A stretch of DNA of 64,000 nt from Geosiphon pyriformis uo1 (Eukaryota; Fungi; Glomeromycota): the NCBI GenBank assembly GCA_016748015.1, contig JAAOMT010000697.1:759566-823565 (forward strand), given 5' to 3'. A program made the position numbers and the translations under genes. The notes below the pieces were generated by a model. The model saw only the letters and a list, made by a program, of their open reading frames with translations. It had not been told where the DNA came from and did not search any database. Below are positions 35,401 through 46,182 of the stretch, piece after piece. The first letter of the stretch is position 1, and each line of letters begins with the position of its first letter.

Positions 35401-37104
35401 CATTGAGACCCAGGCTTCTTTCCAAGCACTAGGTATTGACTCACAAATCAAACAAAAATTTAAAAGTACCAAAAGCATGTCCAAAATTGATCTGTCACAG
35501 TGTTTCCAGAGCTCGTTCAAAATCTCAAAGAGACCAGCAGCCTTGCCCTTAGGCAGACCAGAAACCACACTAAACAACTCATTGAAACCAACAGGATTCA
35601 TCACACCAGAAAATGCACTATTGAAAACATGCTCCAAAGACATGTATTGGCAAGACCAAATATCAGAGATATCTGGCGCCACCTTGTGCTTCCTGTTCCA
35701 GCCTTTCATGATCCCATCCATCCTAGCCTTGACCAAGCTGGGCTCCAAAATCAACTCGTCACCCACAACCAGATGATCTAGTACCACTTTGCGAAAGGGA
35801 TGCTCCAAAACACTTCTGATAGTGTGACCCTTGTCTAATTCAAAACTTTCCATCCTTCTATCAATAGCCGCCCTAATATGGGATTCTTCAGCGTGTTTGG
35901 ATTCTAGCAACTTAGCAAAGCGGTAAGACTTCCTCGCCTTAGCCAGAGCTGAGCGAATCCTGTCAAAACTGGAACTTGAAAGAAATAAAGACTTCATTTT
36001 CGAAGCATCATTGACATCGAGCTTCTCCCACGTATTCAACAACGATGCAAATTCCACATTAGACAACAAACGAGACGCCTTGACCAGCTTGAATACCAAC
36101 AACTCAAGCTTGTGAAATTTAGAAGAACTCTTGGTAAAAACCTCATCATAACCCTTAAACCATTTCTTTTTGAATGTTCCAACTGCTGAGAGAACCATTA
36201 CTTTGCATATAATGTTTCACATAGCATCCAAATCTGAAGATTCTGCTGAAGCAGCAAAATCACTCGAGAATGTTAGGCCATTGGCCAATGTAGCATCCTT
36301 AAAATTGTTCCACCCTTTCTCGCCAGTATTTCCGAAATCGAACTTCCAATAATCTTTATTAGCCTGCTTGCACATCGAATTCAGCTAAAAGTCAAGCAAG
36401 CCACTCAAGCCCACAGAAACAGAAACAGCCTTATGATCAGTATTGAAAAAGTTCTCAACACCAGTCACATCATGATCCACCACAGTATTGATCAAGCTTG
36501 AAGAGACAAACATATAGTCAATAGTCTTGACAACACCACGAGAGTTACCCCATGTCAGTGTCTTTGCAAGCACACTTCCAGCCAAGACATTAACCAGACC
36601 CAGATCAATGCACTTTTTGAAACTAGCACTCTTATGAACGCCATCCTCATTGAAGTCGCCACCCAAAACCACAAAAGATGATTCATTTATCACCTTAGCA
36701 ATCAAAGAATTGATGTCGCCAGCCTGTAAGAATCGGACACCTGAAGAGGCACCAGTGTAGAGACCCAAAACAGAAACTGAAAGTTTATTTTTGAAGAGAA
36801 GTCTGATGGAGAGGAGCCGACCGGGCACCTCAGAAACCTTGAAAACATGCCTTGCCAAAGAATTGTTCATGACAATTGCCACACCAGAACCAAGATAACC
36901 AAAATCCAAACCAGAAGTGAAGACTCGAACACCATCGAATTTGGTAGTAATCCAAGACTAAACTTTATCTTTCAACTTTGTCTCAGTAACAATTGAAACT
37001 AAATTGTTCAAATCTCTGTGCCAACGTATAATGTCCTCTTACTTTGCTAAATTGTTCATTCCCCTGACATTACACATGGCTATTTTCTATACTAAATCAT
37101 TCAT
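32428..37104 (-). pseudogene. ORF2 of LINE copy 3: APE endonuclease, RT, RNase H, C-terminal CCHC
   Basis: CNVRGMN, VVLGGDFNE, TIDYMFV, TDHKAV; NTRPIALIE, QDMWKAYDSV, GLDQGE, AFVDDTI, HYLGIYL; VYTDGS, AELQTI, FSDSQ, KEHSGVLGNERADKLA; in-frame stops at Trp/Gln/Arg codons. Confidence 0.93.
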
Positions 37105-38945
37105 TAAGGTACAAAAAAGACCACAGAATCTGAGCCAGCACACATCTGATCTAACTTCTCTAATACTGAACTAACCAAAACTTCAAGAGCCACCATCTTT
37201 GACTCTAAGCAGCCCACTTTTGAAGTCAGAATTTTTGAACTACTCGAACCCAACCTTGAGGCACCAGAGGAAATCAAAGAAGGAGGATCAACCACAGAAT
37301 CAGGTTCATCCAAAACCATATCCGAACCAAATTTCGTATCAACTGAACCAGGAGCAACCAAGGGCTGAGAAGAGGAGGTGAGAGCCAAGGGCACCAGGCT
37401 TAAACTGTCAAGTTTGCCAACAATACTGGACATCTTATTCATGAGAAGTTCCAAAGAGCACTCCAGAGAAGTGAGATGAGTTTCCAAAATTGAACTAACA
37501 GGATCTGCAAGAGACGAGTTACCAACCAAACCTGAGGCGCCAAGAGAAGAGCCAAAATCAGGACCAGAACCAAAGTGAGAACTATTAAATGAAGATGCTA
37601 GATAGACAACCTGGACCCATGATTTGCTGCCAAATGCAGCCAGTCTGGAAATAGGCACACTCTTTTTTGCATATAGCTTGGCCAACTGAAGGCGGTTCTC
37701 ATCAGAGACAACCTTTTTTTTAAATGACTTGAAAAGTTTAGGAGAATGTGAGACCTCAGCATCACACTCCAGAACTGAATGACCAAGTTTCCCACACCGT
37801 TCACACCAAACCAGATCCAATCTAGCCCAAGAAAGTTTCACCCCACCAAAAACAGGCTCTGTACAAAACGCAGACTCCAAATTCTTGTTATTTTCAAAAC
37901 AAATTACAGCACAACGAATCTTATTGCCAGTGTCTAAAGAATAATTTATGACACAAGTTTTCCCACCAGCCCCTGCCAAAAGATTGCCAAGATCATGAGC
38001 CGTTGTTCCCATTGGCAAAGTAAACAAAAGCACCTTATACCAATCTCTAGATGCCCACGTCTCACGATCCTGCACAGCCTTGGCCACACGCACTGAATTT
38101 TTCTCAATTAAGAATGACCACTTAGCTGCCAACTGATCTGCCTGACTTGATTCGGCAAACTCCACCACAGCCTTTTGCCACAGCCCAATGAATTGCAATC
38201 AGATTGACACCACTTGACCAAATTCAGACACTGTGGCAATGATCATTTTTTTTGGCGTATCCATGAGAATTTCCTTGATGACCACTGCCCGATCTGAATG
38301 AACTCCTTGTCTCTTAAGATTGCTGTTTACCATGATATCATTTTTTCTGGCCAATGAGGTGGCCTTTTCCATGCTTTCTGATGAAGTGAACGTCGATCTG
38401 ATAATCCCTTCAAATTTTGAGGGGGTAGTGGCCCCCCCAAAACCATTGATTCTTGAAAATAATTTCCTTACAACTTGAGTTTTAGCCATTGCCAATTTCC
38501 CTTCCACAGCTGAAAGATTGATGTCCAAAGCAAAAGATTTCTTCACAGCTATTTCCACCTGAGTTTTAACAATTTTGGAGTCCATTCACACCTTTTCCAA
38601 AGAAAAAGACAAATGGAAAGGAAGAGAAACTTCCTCTTCATCATCCATGTCATAATTAATAGAGCCAAGAGGGGAACCGATAGCCACACCAGTATTGAAA
38701 TGCTTCGCATTGGGCATATTCATTTGGAAGTCAGAGGTGACTTTACCATCAAAGGCTTCTCCATCTGTATTCATGCTAGTAGGTTGCCTATCTACACTAA
38801 CAGGTCCACCATCTTTGAGATTCTTATCCGTACTTGAAAGTTTAACACCACTGAGAGGCTTTTTGACTTTTTGAATTAAATCACTACCAACTGAACCAAC
38901 AGTCGAGACTCTGGCAGACTTTTTCTTAGCACTAGGATTACTCAT
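37101..38945 (-). pseudogene. ORF1 of LINE copy 3 (RRM-like region plus CCHC knuckle)
   Basis: Three abutting ORFs in one frame, split by single stops; GLWQKAVVEF, CERCGKLGHSVLEC. Confidence 0.9.
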
Positions 38946-39086
38946 AGTGGCAGCCAGGCCAACAACAAAAGAGTTTGATTCTTGTGAAATATTGGAAGAC
39001 AGTATGCAAAAACAGAAAAAACTACTTTCAAAATTTGACTCTTTTTCAAGAATTTGGGACGAAGGAGAGAAAGAAGTTTTTTTGCT

Positions 39087-39700
39087 TTAGAATTTTTTGT
39101 TTAATCAAAAAAATTATTATTTTAAAAAACACATTTAAGATTAATTTAATTTATTTTTTTTATAATTATACTGTTTTTAAAATTAGTAATTTGATTTCTT
39201 AAGTTGATAATTATATATTATTTTTTGCTTTTTTAATTTTTATAGTTGTTAATACTTTATTATTATAATTTTTGAATTTTTAAAAATTTTAAATTTAATT
39301 ATTGTAAAAACTAGTATTTTGTGTAAATATTATATTTGATAAAAAATCTTTAAATATTATTATTGCTATAAATATTAAAAGTTAAATTATTTAAGTTTAG
39401 ATTATATAATATTGTTGTTTTTTTTTAAAGTTTTTTTTAAGTTTGTTAATATAAAATTCTATATTAAAGCTTTTGTTTTTTTAATTTTTTTTGTTGTTAT
39501 ATTTTTAGCTATTTTTATTATTAATTTTGTGTTTAAATTTAGATTAAATTCTTTAAAATTTCAGATTTTAGACTTGGTTATTTTAATTAAGTTTGTTGTT
39601 AAACCAATTAATTTATTGGTTATTTTATTATTATATTAAATACTTTTTTTGTTTTATATAAGAAACTAAAAAATATAATTATTATAACTTAAAATAAAAT
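39087..39700 (+). mobile_element. Relic LINE ORF1, right part
   Basis: IIILKNTFKINLIYFFYNYTVFKISNLIS*VDN and YCYKY*KLNYLSLDY (decayed Cx2Cx4Hx4C knuckle at ~39361). Confidence 0.55.
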
Positions 39701-41254
39701 ATCTGTTTTTAATAAAACTTTGAATAAGTTTTTTATAAATATGATTTAAATTAATTACTTTTTAAAAGCATTAATTAATTAGTATTAAGTTAAATTCAGA
39801 TAAAATTGTTAAATAATTAAGTAGTATTATTATAAATAGTAATATTTTAATTGTAATTTTATATAAAATATCTTTTTAAAGTAATTTTTTTTTAAATTTA
39901 ATGTAATTTAGCTTAAACTAAATTTGTATTTAATTATATATAAAAAATATGTAAATTATATTTAATTTAATTTATTGTATTAAATAAAAAAATTGGTAAA
40001 TTAATTTATTTTTTTTGTTAAATTTACTTTATAACATATACAATTATATATAAAATTTTAATATTTATTTATTAATAATTCTAATAAATATTAATTTAAT
40101 TAAAATAAAAAATAAATTTTTTTTATACAAAATTAAATATAAATTATATATTTAATTTTTTATTATGTTTTAATAATTTATAGGATTTTATAATTAAAAA
40201 ACACTTTATTGTGAACAAATTCGAATATTATGATTCTGTTTTTTACAAATTTTATATTTATGTACTTAAATTTAAGAAAAAATATTTTTAACAATTTTAA
40301 ATTAAAATAAATTTTATTAAATAGATAATTTTTAATAAGCAATATTTTGTTTAAAATAATTTAAAGTACTTAAAAAATATTTTTGAGTTTGTTGATTAAA
40401 AAGATTTTTAATTGCAAAAGATGTAATTAAAATTTAAATTAATTAAGTATATTTTTTAAAAATATGTCTGTTTATTATAAATAGTTTTTAAAATTACATA
40501 TTGTTTAAGATTTTTTTGTTATAATGTTATTAAAATTTTTTTTGGTATAATACTTGTACTTAATATTTGTAAAACTAATATTTTTGTTTAAATTTAAGTT
40601 ATTAAGCAGTAAAATATTTAGCAATATTATTAAATAATTCATAATTATATTTAGTATTGTGAATTGTTAAATACTAGTGTTTATTAACTTTAAGTAATTA
40701 TTTATATATAGTAAAAAAACAGTTTGTTAATTAAGTTACTATTCTTTGTTATTAATCTTTTAATATAAATTTTTTAGAAGTATATTTATTTTTTTAATCA
40801 TATTTAAAGATAATATAAGTATTATTTTTAATAAAGCATTATTTTGTAATTATATATTTTTGAAAATATGTAAAAATATTAAATTTTTATATTATTATTT
40901 TATAAAAATTATATAATATTTCTAAAAATAGTAATATTATATAAATATAATTTATAATATTATAAAAAGATGTAATTATTTGTAAAATTAAAAAAAAACT
41001 AATTAAAATTTTTTGATTATAAACTTATTAATATATATATAATTAAATATAAACTTATAATATAAATAATATTATATAATAAAGATTGATTAATTTAGCA
41101 AAAAAAATAAGTTAAATTATATGTTAAATTTATTAAAATAAAAATATATTAATATTAAATTATTATTTTGTTTAAATTATTAATGTTATAGTAAAATCAT
41201 AAAATAATATAAATTCTTTAATTATAATATAATATAATTATAAAAACTAAAAAA

Positions 41255-41877
41255 ATAATAATTTATATAATAGCAATTACAAAATAATATTAATAATATA
41301 TATATATATATAATAGTTTTAATTTAAAAAAAAATTATCTTCTATTCTTTTAGTTTCTATTAATAATTATTTATATTTTTAAATAAATGTTTAAATAAAT
41401 TTTTAATTAAAAAAATAAAAAATAATATTAAAAACAAAATCATTATAATAAAAGTATTAAAACTTATTTGTATTATTTATTAAATAAAACTATTATTTGT
41501 TAATTAAACTTATTAAATGAATAATTTTTGATTAAAATTATTTATATTATTATTAATTAATTGTAAAATTAAAAAAAACACTAAAACATTATTAATATTT
41601 TATGTTTTTAGATTAAAAAATACTTTAAACAATTGCAAAAATAAGATTTTAATAATAACAAATAGATTTTAAATTAACTTTTAAGAAAAAACACATAAAA
41701 TACACAATAATAATTAAGATTAAAAAATAACTTACATTATAATATTAAAAAAAGTTTTCATTATAATATCAGTATAATTATATTTTTAGAATTGAAAAAT
41801 TTACAAGAAATTAATTATAATAAAATCGAAAGTATTAATAATTAATATACCAAAAAAACACTCTTATAATATTAACA
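41255..41877 (+). repeat. Hyper-AT dispersed repeat, probable decayed solo LTR (copy 2)
   Basis: Homologous to 30030-30755; ends attaaca. Confidence 0.6.
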
Positions 41878-42229
41878 ACTTTTTCGAAAATATTAATATT
41901 TTTTTAATTACAAAAATCTTTTTTTTTTTTTAATATCTAAAAAAACACTAATTAATTTTGTAATTAAGACAACTAAAATATTAATAAATTTAATAACAAA
42001 TTTAATTAACAAAACTAACTTAGTTAACTCAAATTCCAAAAAAATCAACTTGGTATTAATTATTAATTTTAATAATATTTAAAAAACAATTATTAATTAT
42101 CAAATAAATAATATTACAAAAATTAAAATAATTTATATTAAAATTATATTTTAGTTTTTATATAATTTTATTGCTTAAATTTTGGTTATAAAAAAAATAT
42201 TATGTTTTTTATGTAAAATTGGTATTTAA

Positions 42230-42520
42230 AATTAAACTTGTTAATTTTTTTGAATATTTTTATTAATAATATTAAAAATGGTTTTATATTTTTGGTAAAA
42301 TTATTAATTTTAAATTAAAGTTTACTGAATTATAATAATATATTATAATTTAATTTAAGTTATTTAAAGTTTTTAAAATTGTTTTTGCTTGTTAATTAAT
42401 TTTAATAAAAAAATAATATTTAAATTTTTAATTAAAAAAAAGTTATTGTTTTTTATAATATATTTAAAATTAAGCCAATTAATTTTTATTGTTTTTGAAG
42501 TTAATAATATAATTTATAAG
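42230..42520 (+). mobile_element. Relic LINE ORF1 fragment (same old family as 32085-32299)
   Basis: IFLNIFINNIK...IFGKIINFKLKFTEL**YIII; nucleotide similarity to 32110-32300 and, inverted, to 50570-50770. Confidence 0.55.
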
Positions 42521-42534
42521 AATACTTAGTTTGT

Positions 42535-45253
42535 TTGCAATTGTACTTTCAACAATTTTTATTTGCCTGTTTGCGAACAAAATTTAAGTAGACATTGAGC
42601 AAACCATCCAAACCTACCAACACTGAAACAGCCTGATGATCAGTATCAAAGTATTCCTCAATACCAAACATGCTATGACTCACTATTGTGTTGACCAAGT
42701 TCAAAGAAATGAGCACATAATCTATTGTCTTGACAACATCTCGAGAATTGAACCAAGTTGGCAATTTCCCACAAGAACTCTCATCCAAGGCATTAACCAA
42801 ACTAAAATCCAGACATTTTTTGAAACTTGCACACTTACGAAAACTGTCTTCATTAAAATCACCTCCGAGAATGACAAAAAAAGATTCATTAACAGCTTTT
42901 GCTATAAGAGAATTGATATTGCCTGTCTGAGAAAACTGGGTCATTGAAGAGATATCAGCATAAAGTCCCAAAATTAACACAGAAAGATTATTCTTGAAAA
43001 GCAATTTAATAGACAAAAGCCAACCAGACACCTCCGAAACTTTACACACATGTTTTGCCAAAGAAAAGTTTATAACAATCACAACACTAACACCCAGATA
43101 ACCAGAATCTAAACCAGAGGTAAACACCCACACACCATCAAATTTATTGACAATCCAGAGGCGAACTTTCCCTTTCAATTTTGACTCTGTAAAAATAGAA
43201 ACTAGATTGTTTTTTTCCTTATGCCAATGAATGATATCATCCTGTTTCGCAGGATTGTTTATTTCTCTAACATTACAAGTTGCAACTTTCTAGTTCATAT
43301 TACTCATTGAGAAGAAAGAGGGATAGAAACCAAACCAGTATTGTCTATTTTAGCTGAAAGACTCATAACTGTAATCGAAAGATTGTTTAATGTTTTCTCC
43401 AATCTCAAGATAACCATAGAATTAAAAACCACCACTTCCACAACATTTTTACCACCAGTGGCCACACCCAAACCCTCACTCATCACTATATCCACCTCTT
43501 GATTCTGTAATAAAGGAGTTACCAATGGCTAACATCCAGGGCTAAGCTGGAAAACCGTTGGCTCAGGTGTGTTCAACTTTATAGCCAGCATGTCAACATA
43601 CTCTGCAAGGCTAACAAGACTGCACTCAAGAGTGGCAAACCTATCATTCAATTCCAAAAATATTAGTGGAGTAAGATTTATCTTCGAAGAGAAGCCAGCT
43701 CTCAATAAAACATTCCAAACAGAAGGAGAAGAGAAAGAAGACCCACCAGCAATTTGCACCCATGAAACACCACCAAAAGAAACAAGATGAGCAACTGGAA
43801 CTGAATGTTTGACATAAATGACAGCCAGTCTGCTTTTATTTAAGTTCGAGAAGGTTTTTCTCAATGAAGCACCAAAAGGAATACTCTTTTTCCCACCAAT
43901 AGAGCAAGCCAATAATGTATGGCCCAATTTCCCACATCTAGTACACTTGGCCAAAACAAGATGAAACCAGTGTAGATTAGCCCTTTTCAGCACTGGCGTG
44001 GTTTCTATAACAGCATCCAATAACTCAACAGAGTCAAAACAGACAGTAGTGCACCTGGCCCGGGCATAAGAAACTGGATGATGATCAATTACACAAGTTT
44101 TCCCACCCACTAAAGCAACATAATCCCAAATATCATATGCATTGGTTCCTATTGGCAAAGTGTACAAAAGAGCTTTGTAAACATTGCACACATTCCATGA
44201 TTCTTTGTCTACATCAGATCTAGCAATGCACACAGCATCCTTCCCAATCAAGATAGACTAGCGTGCTGCAACCAAATCAGCATGCTTAACCTGTTCAAAT
44301 TCAACCACAACTTTTTGCCACAGTCCCACCAATTGCATCTTAATTAACTTAATAATGCCAAACTCAGATAGTGCAGTGCGTACAGTCTTAGTTGAAGTAC
44401 CAATTGGAATTTTCTTTAATACCACAGCCCGATTCGAATGCCCAGATGGTTTTTTGGGATCGGAGTTTACCAAAATTTTCATCTTTTCAGCTTTTTTAGA
44501 TGTCTGCACCAAACTCGATTTGAAAGTAAACATTGTTCTGACAATCTCAGCAAATTTTGAGAGAGTAAAGGCCCCCCCAAAACCATTGATTTTTGAAAAC
44601 AATTTTCTGACAACCACAAGTTTTTCCTAAGCAGATTTCTCAACAATATTATCTAAGCTGATGTCCAAAGCAAATGACTTTCTGACAGAAACATTGACCA
44701 AGTTCTTCAAAGGGGGAGAGAGAACCACAGATTTGTCCAAAAGTATATTATCAATATTATCACCCAAAAAGTTAATTTTCCCTAGTGGTTTTCCAAGTGC
44801 CTTTTTGGTGAGAATCTTCAAACTTTTAGGTGTTTGCTCTGAGTTCTTTCCAGCAAAGGCTTTACCATCCCCATGATCAAAGCTGGTTTCCTCAACTAGA
44901 CATTTCTCTTTCATATCCATACTATCAGATTCAATAGTATTACCAGTTTTAGAACCCCAAGAATAACCACTTGATACTTTAGCAGCAGCAAATTTTCTAT
45001 TACCAATATTATTCTTCAAAGCACTACTTCTTCTCTTCTTTCTGGGCTCAGCAGACTTGACACTAATATTAAAGCTAGGCTTCATAATAGATTTGTTTAG
45101 AACTGCAATACTAAGACCAATGGTGGTCTTGTAATCAAGCACAAATGGTTTGGAATTAGTGTACTGAATGATGAAAAACAGAAAAAACTTCTTTCAAAAA
45201 ATTATTTTGGCTCTTTTTGAGAATTTGGGATGAATGAAAAAAAGAAGTTTTTT
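42535..45253 (-). mobile_element. LINE copy 4: intact 5' end, ORF1 (~45140-43304) and APE domain; 3' part missing
   Basis: 5' hairpin 45182-45253; GLWQKVVVEF, CTRCGKLGHTLLAC; ORF2 from 43307 with VATCNV, ILGGDFNE, TIDYV, DTDHQAV; breaks off after QANKNC. Confidence 0.9.
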
Positions 45254-46038
45254 ATTATCATAGTTTTTTAAAGTTTTTTGTTTTGTATTTATTAATGTTT
45301 TTTATTTAAATATATATAAAACTTAAATTTATTTAAGTTTTTTACAATAAATTAATATAAATAATAATAAGCTTAATAACTATTTTAAAAGCTAAATTCA
45401 AAAATATTTTAAAAATATTTTAATTAATCATACATATTTAAATTATTTTTTATTTTTTTATGTTTGTAATAAATTGTTATTGTTTTAATATTTTTATTAA
45501 TAGTAACCAATTTTTTTTTCTGCATATAATAAATAAAAACTATATTAATAATAAAAATATTTTATAAAAGTTTATTATATTATTAAAAACACTAAAAATA
45601 TAAATAAAAAATTTTTTTTAATAACAAAAATAAAAAAAATAAAAAATTTATTTTTATAATTTTAAGTTAATAAATATTATTAAGCAACTAATTAAAGTTT
45701 TATTAATAAATATTTAACAAAAAGATTTTATTACTTGGTAATTATTATTTAATAATAACATCTACTTTATAAATTTTAATTATTCAAAAAAATTGTAATA
45801 CAAAACAAAAATTCTATAATATAAGTAAAATTTTGTGTAAATAATATTAAAAAACTATTGTATTTTTGAAATAATCAATTAATATTAAAAACTATTACAT
45901 TTATTTATATTAATTTGTAATTTAATTATTTTCTTAAAACATATTATAATTTATAAAATTAGTTATTTACAAAATAAAACTAATTGTGTAATTATAGTGT
46001 TACATTATTTTATTAGAAAGGCAAAATTTTAATGTTTT

Positions 46039-46050
46039 ACGCGTGACGTA
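46039..46050. promoter_or_regulatory. Overlapping MCB-like (ACGCGT) and CRE-like (TGACGTA) motifs upstream of CDC16
   Basis: acgcgtgacgta lies ~140 bp upstream of the ATG; these are the first CpGs after an AT desert. Motif match only. Confidence 0.35.
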
Positions 46051-46182
46051 TTTAACTGTTATCAATGATCTATCATGTTTAGCTGCCATCTCCGGGAGAG
46101 AGAAACTACATATATTTTGACCCTGCATTTAGACATTAGCTCTTTCTACTGTACCAGGTTTCTGTTAACTACTCAAAAAAAA

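Larger units (their letters stand above)
32300..39083 (-). mobile_element. LINE copy 3, full length (~6.8 kb), least decayed
   Basis: 5' hairpin, ORF1, ORF2 (APE, RT, RNase H, CCHC), 3' UTR, A-rich tail; candidate TSD ttagaatttttt at 32288-32299 and 39087-39098. Confidence 0.93.

Noticed and set aside
39412-39639. Hydrophobic F/I/L/K-rich ORFs (also 95-286, 5209-5610, 31122-31364) as membrane proteins
   Set aside because: Compositional artefacts of AT-saturated TE DNA or antisense shadows.
39700-41200. Further relic element in the AT tract (also 20950-21640, 45260-46020)
   Set aside because: Probably TE-derived, but no motif could be decoded by eye.
46075-46182. Upstream in-frame ATG extending CDC16
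   Set aside because: The extension has no recognisable similarity, and ATG 46183 has the better A-rich context; cannot be excluded without TSS data.
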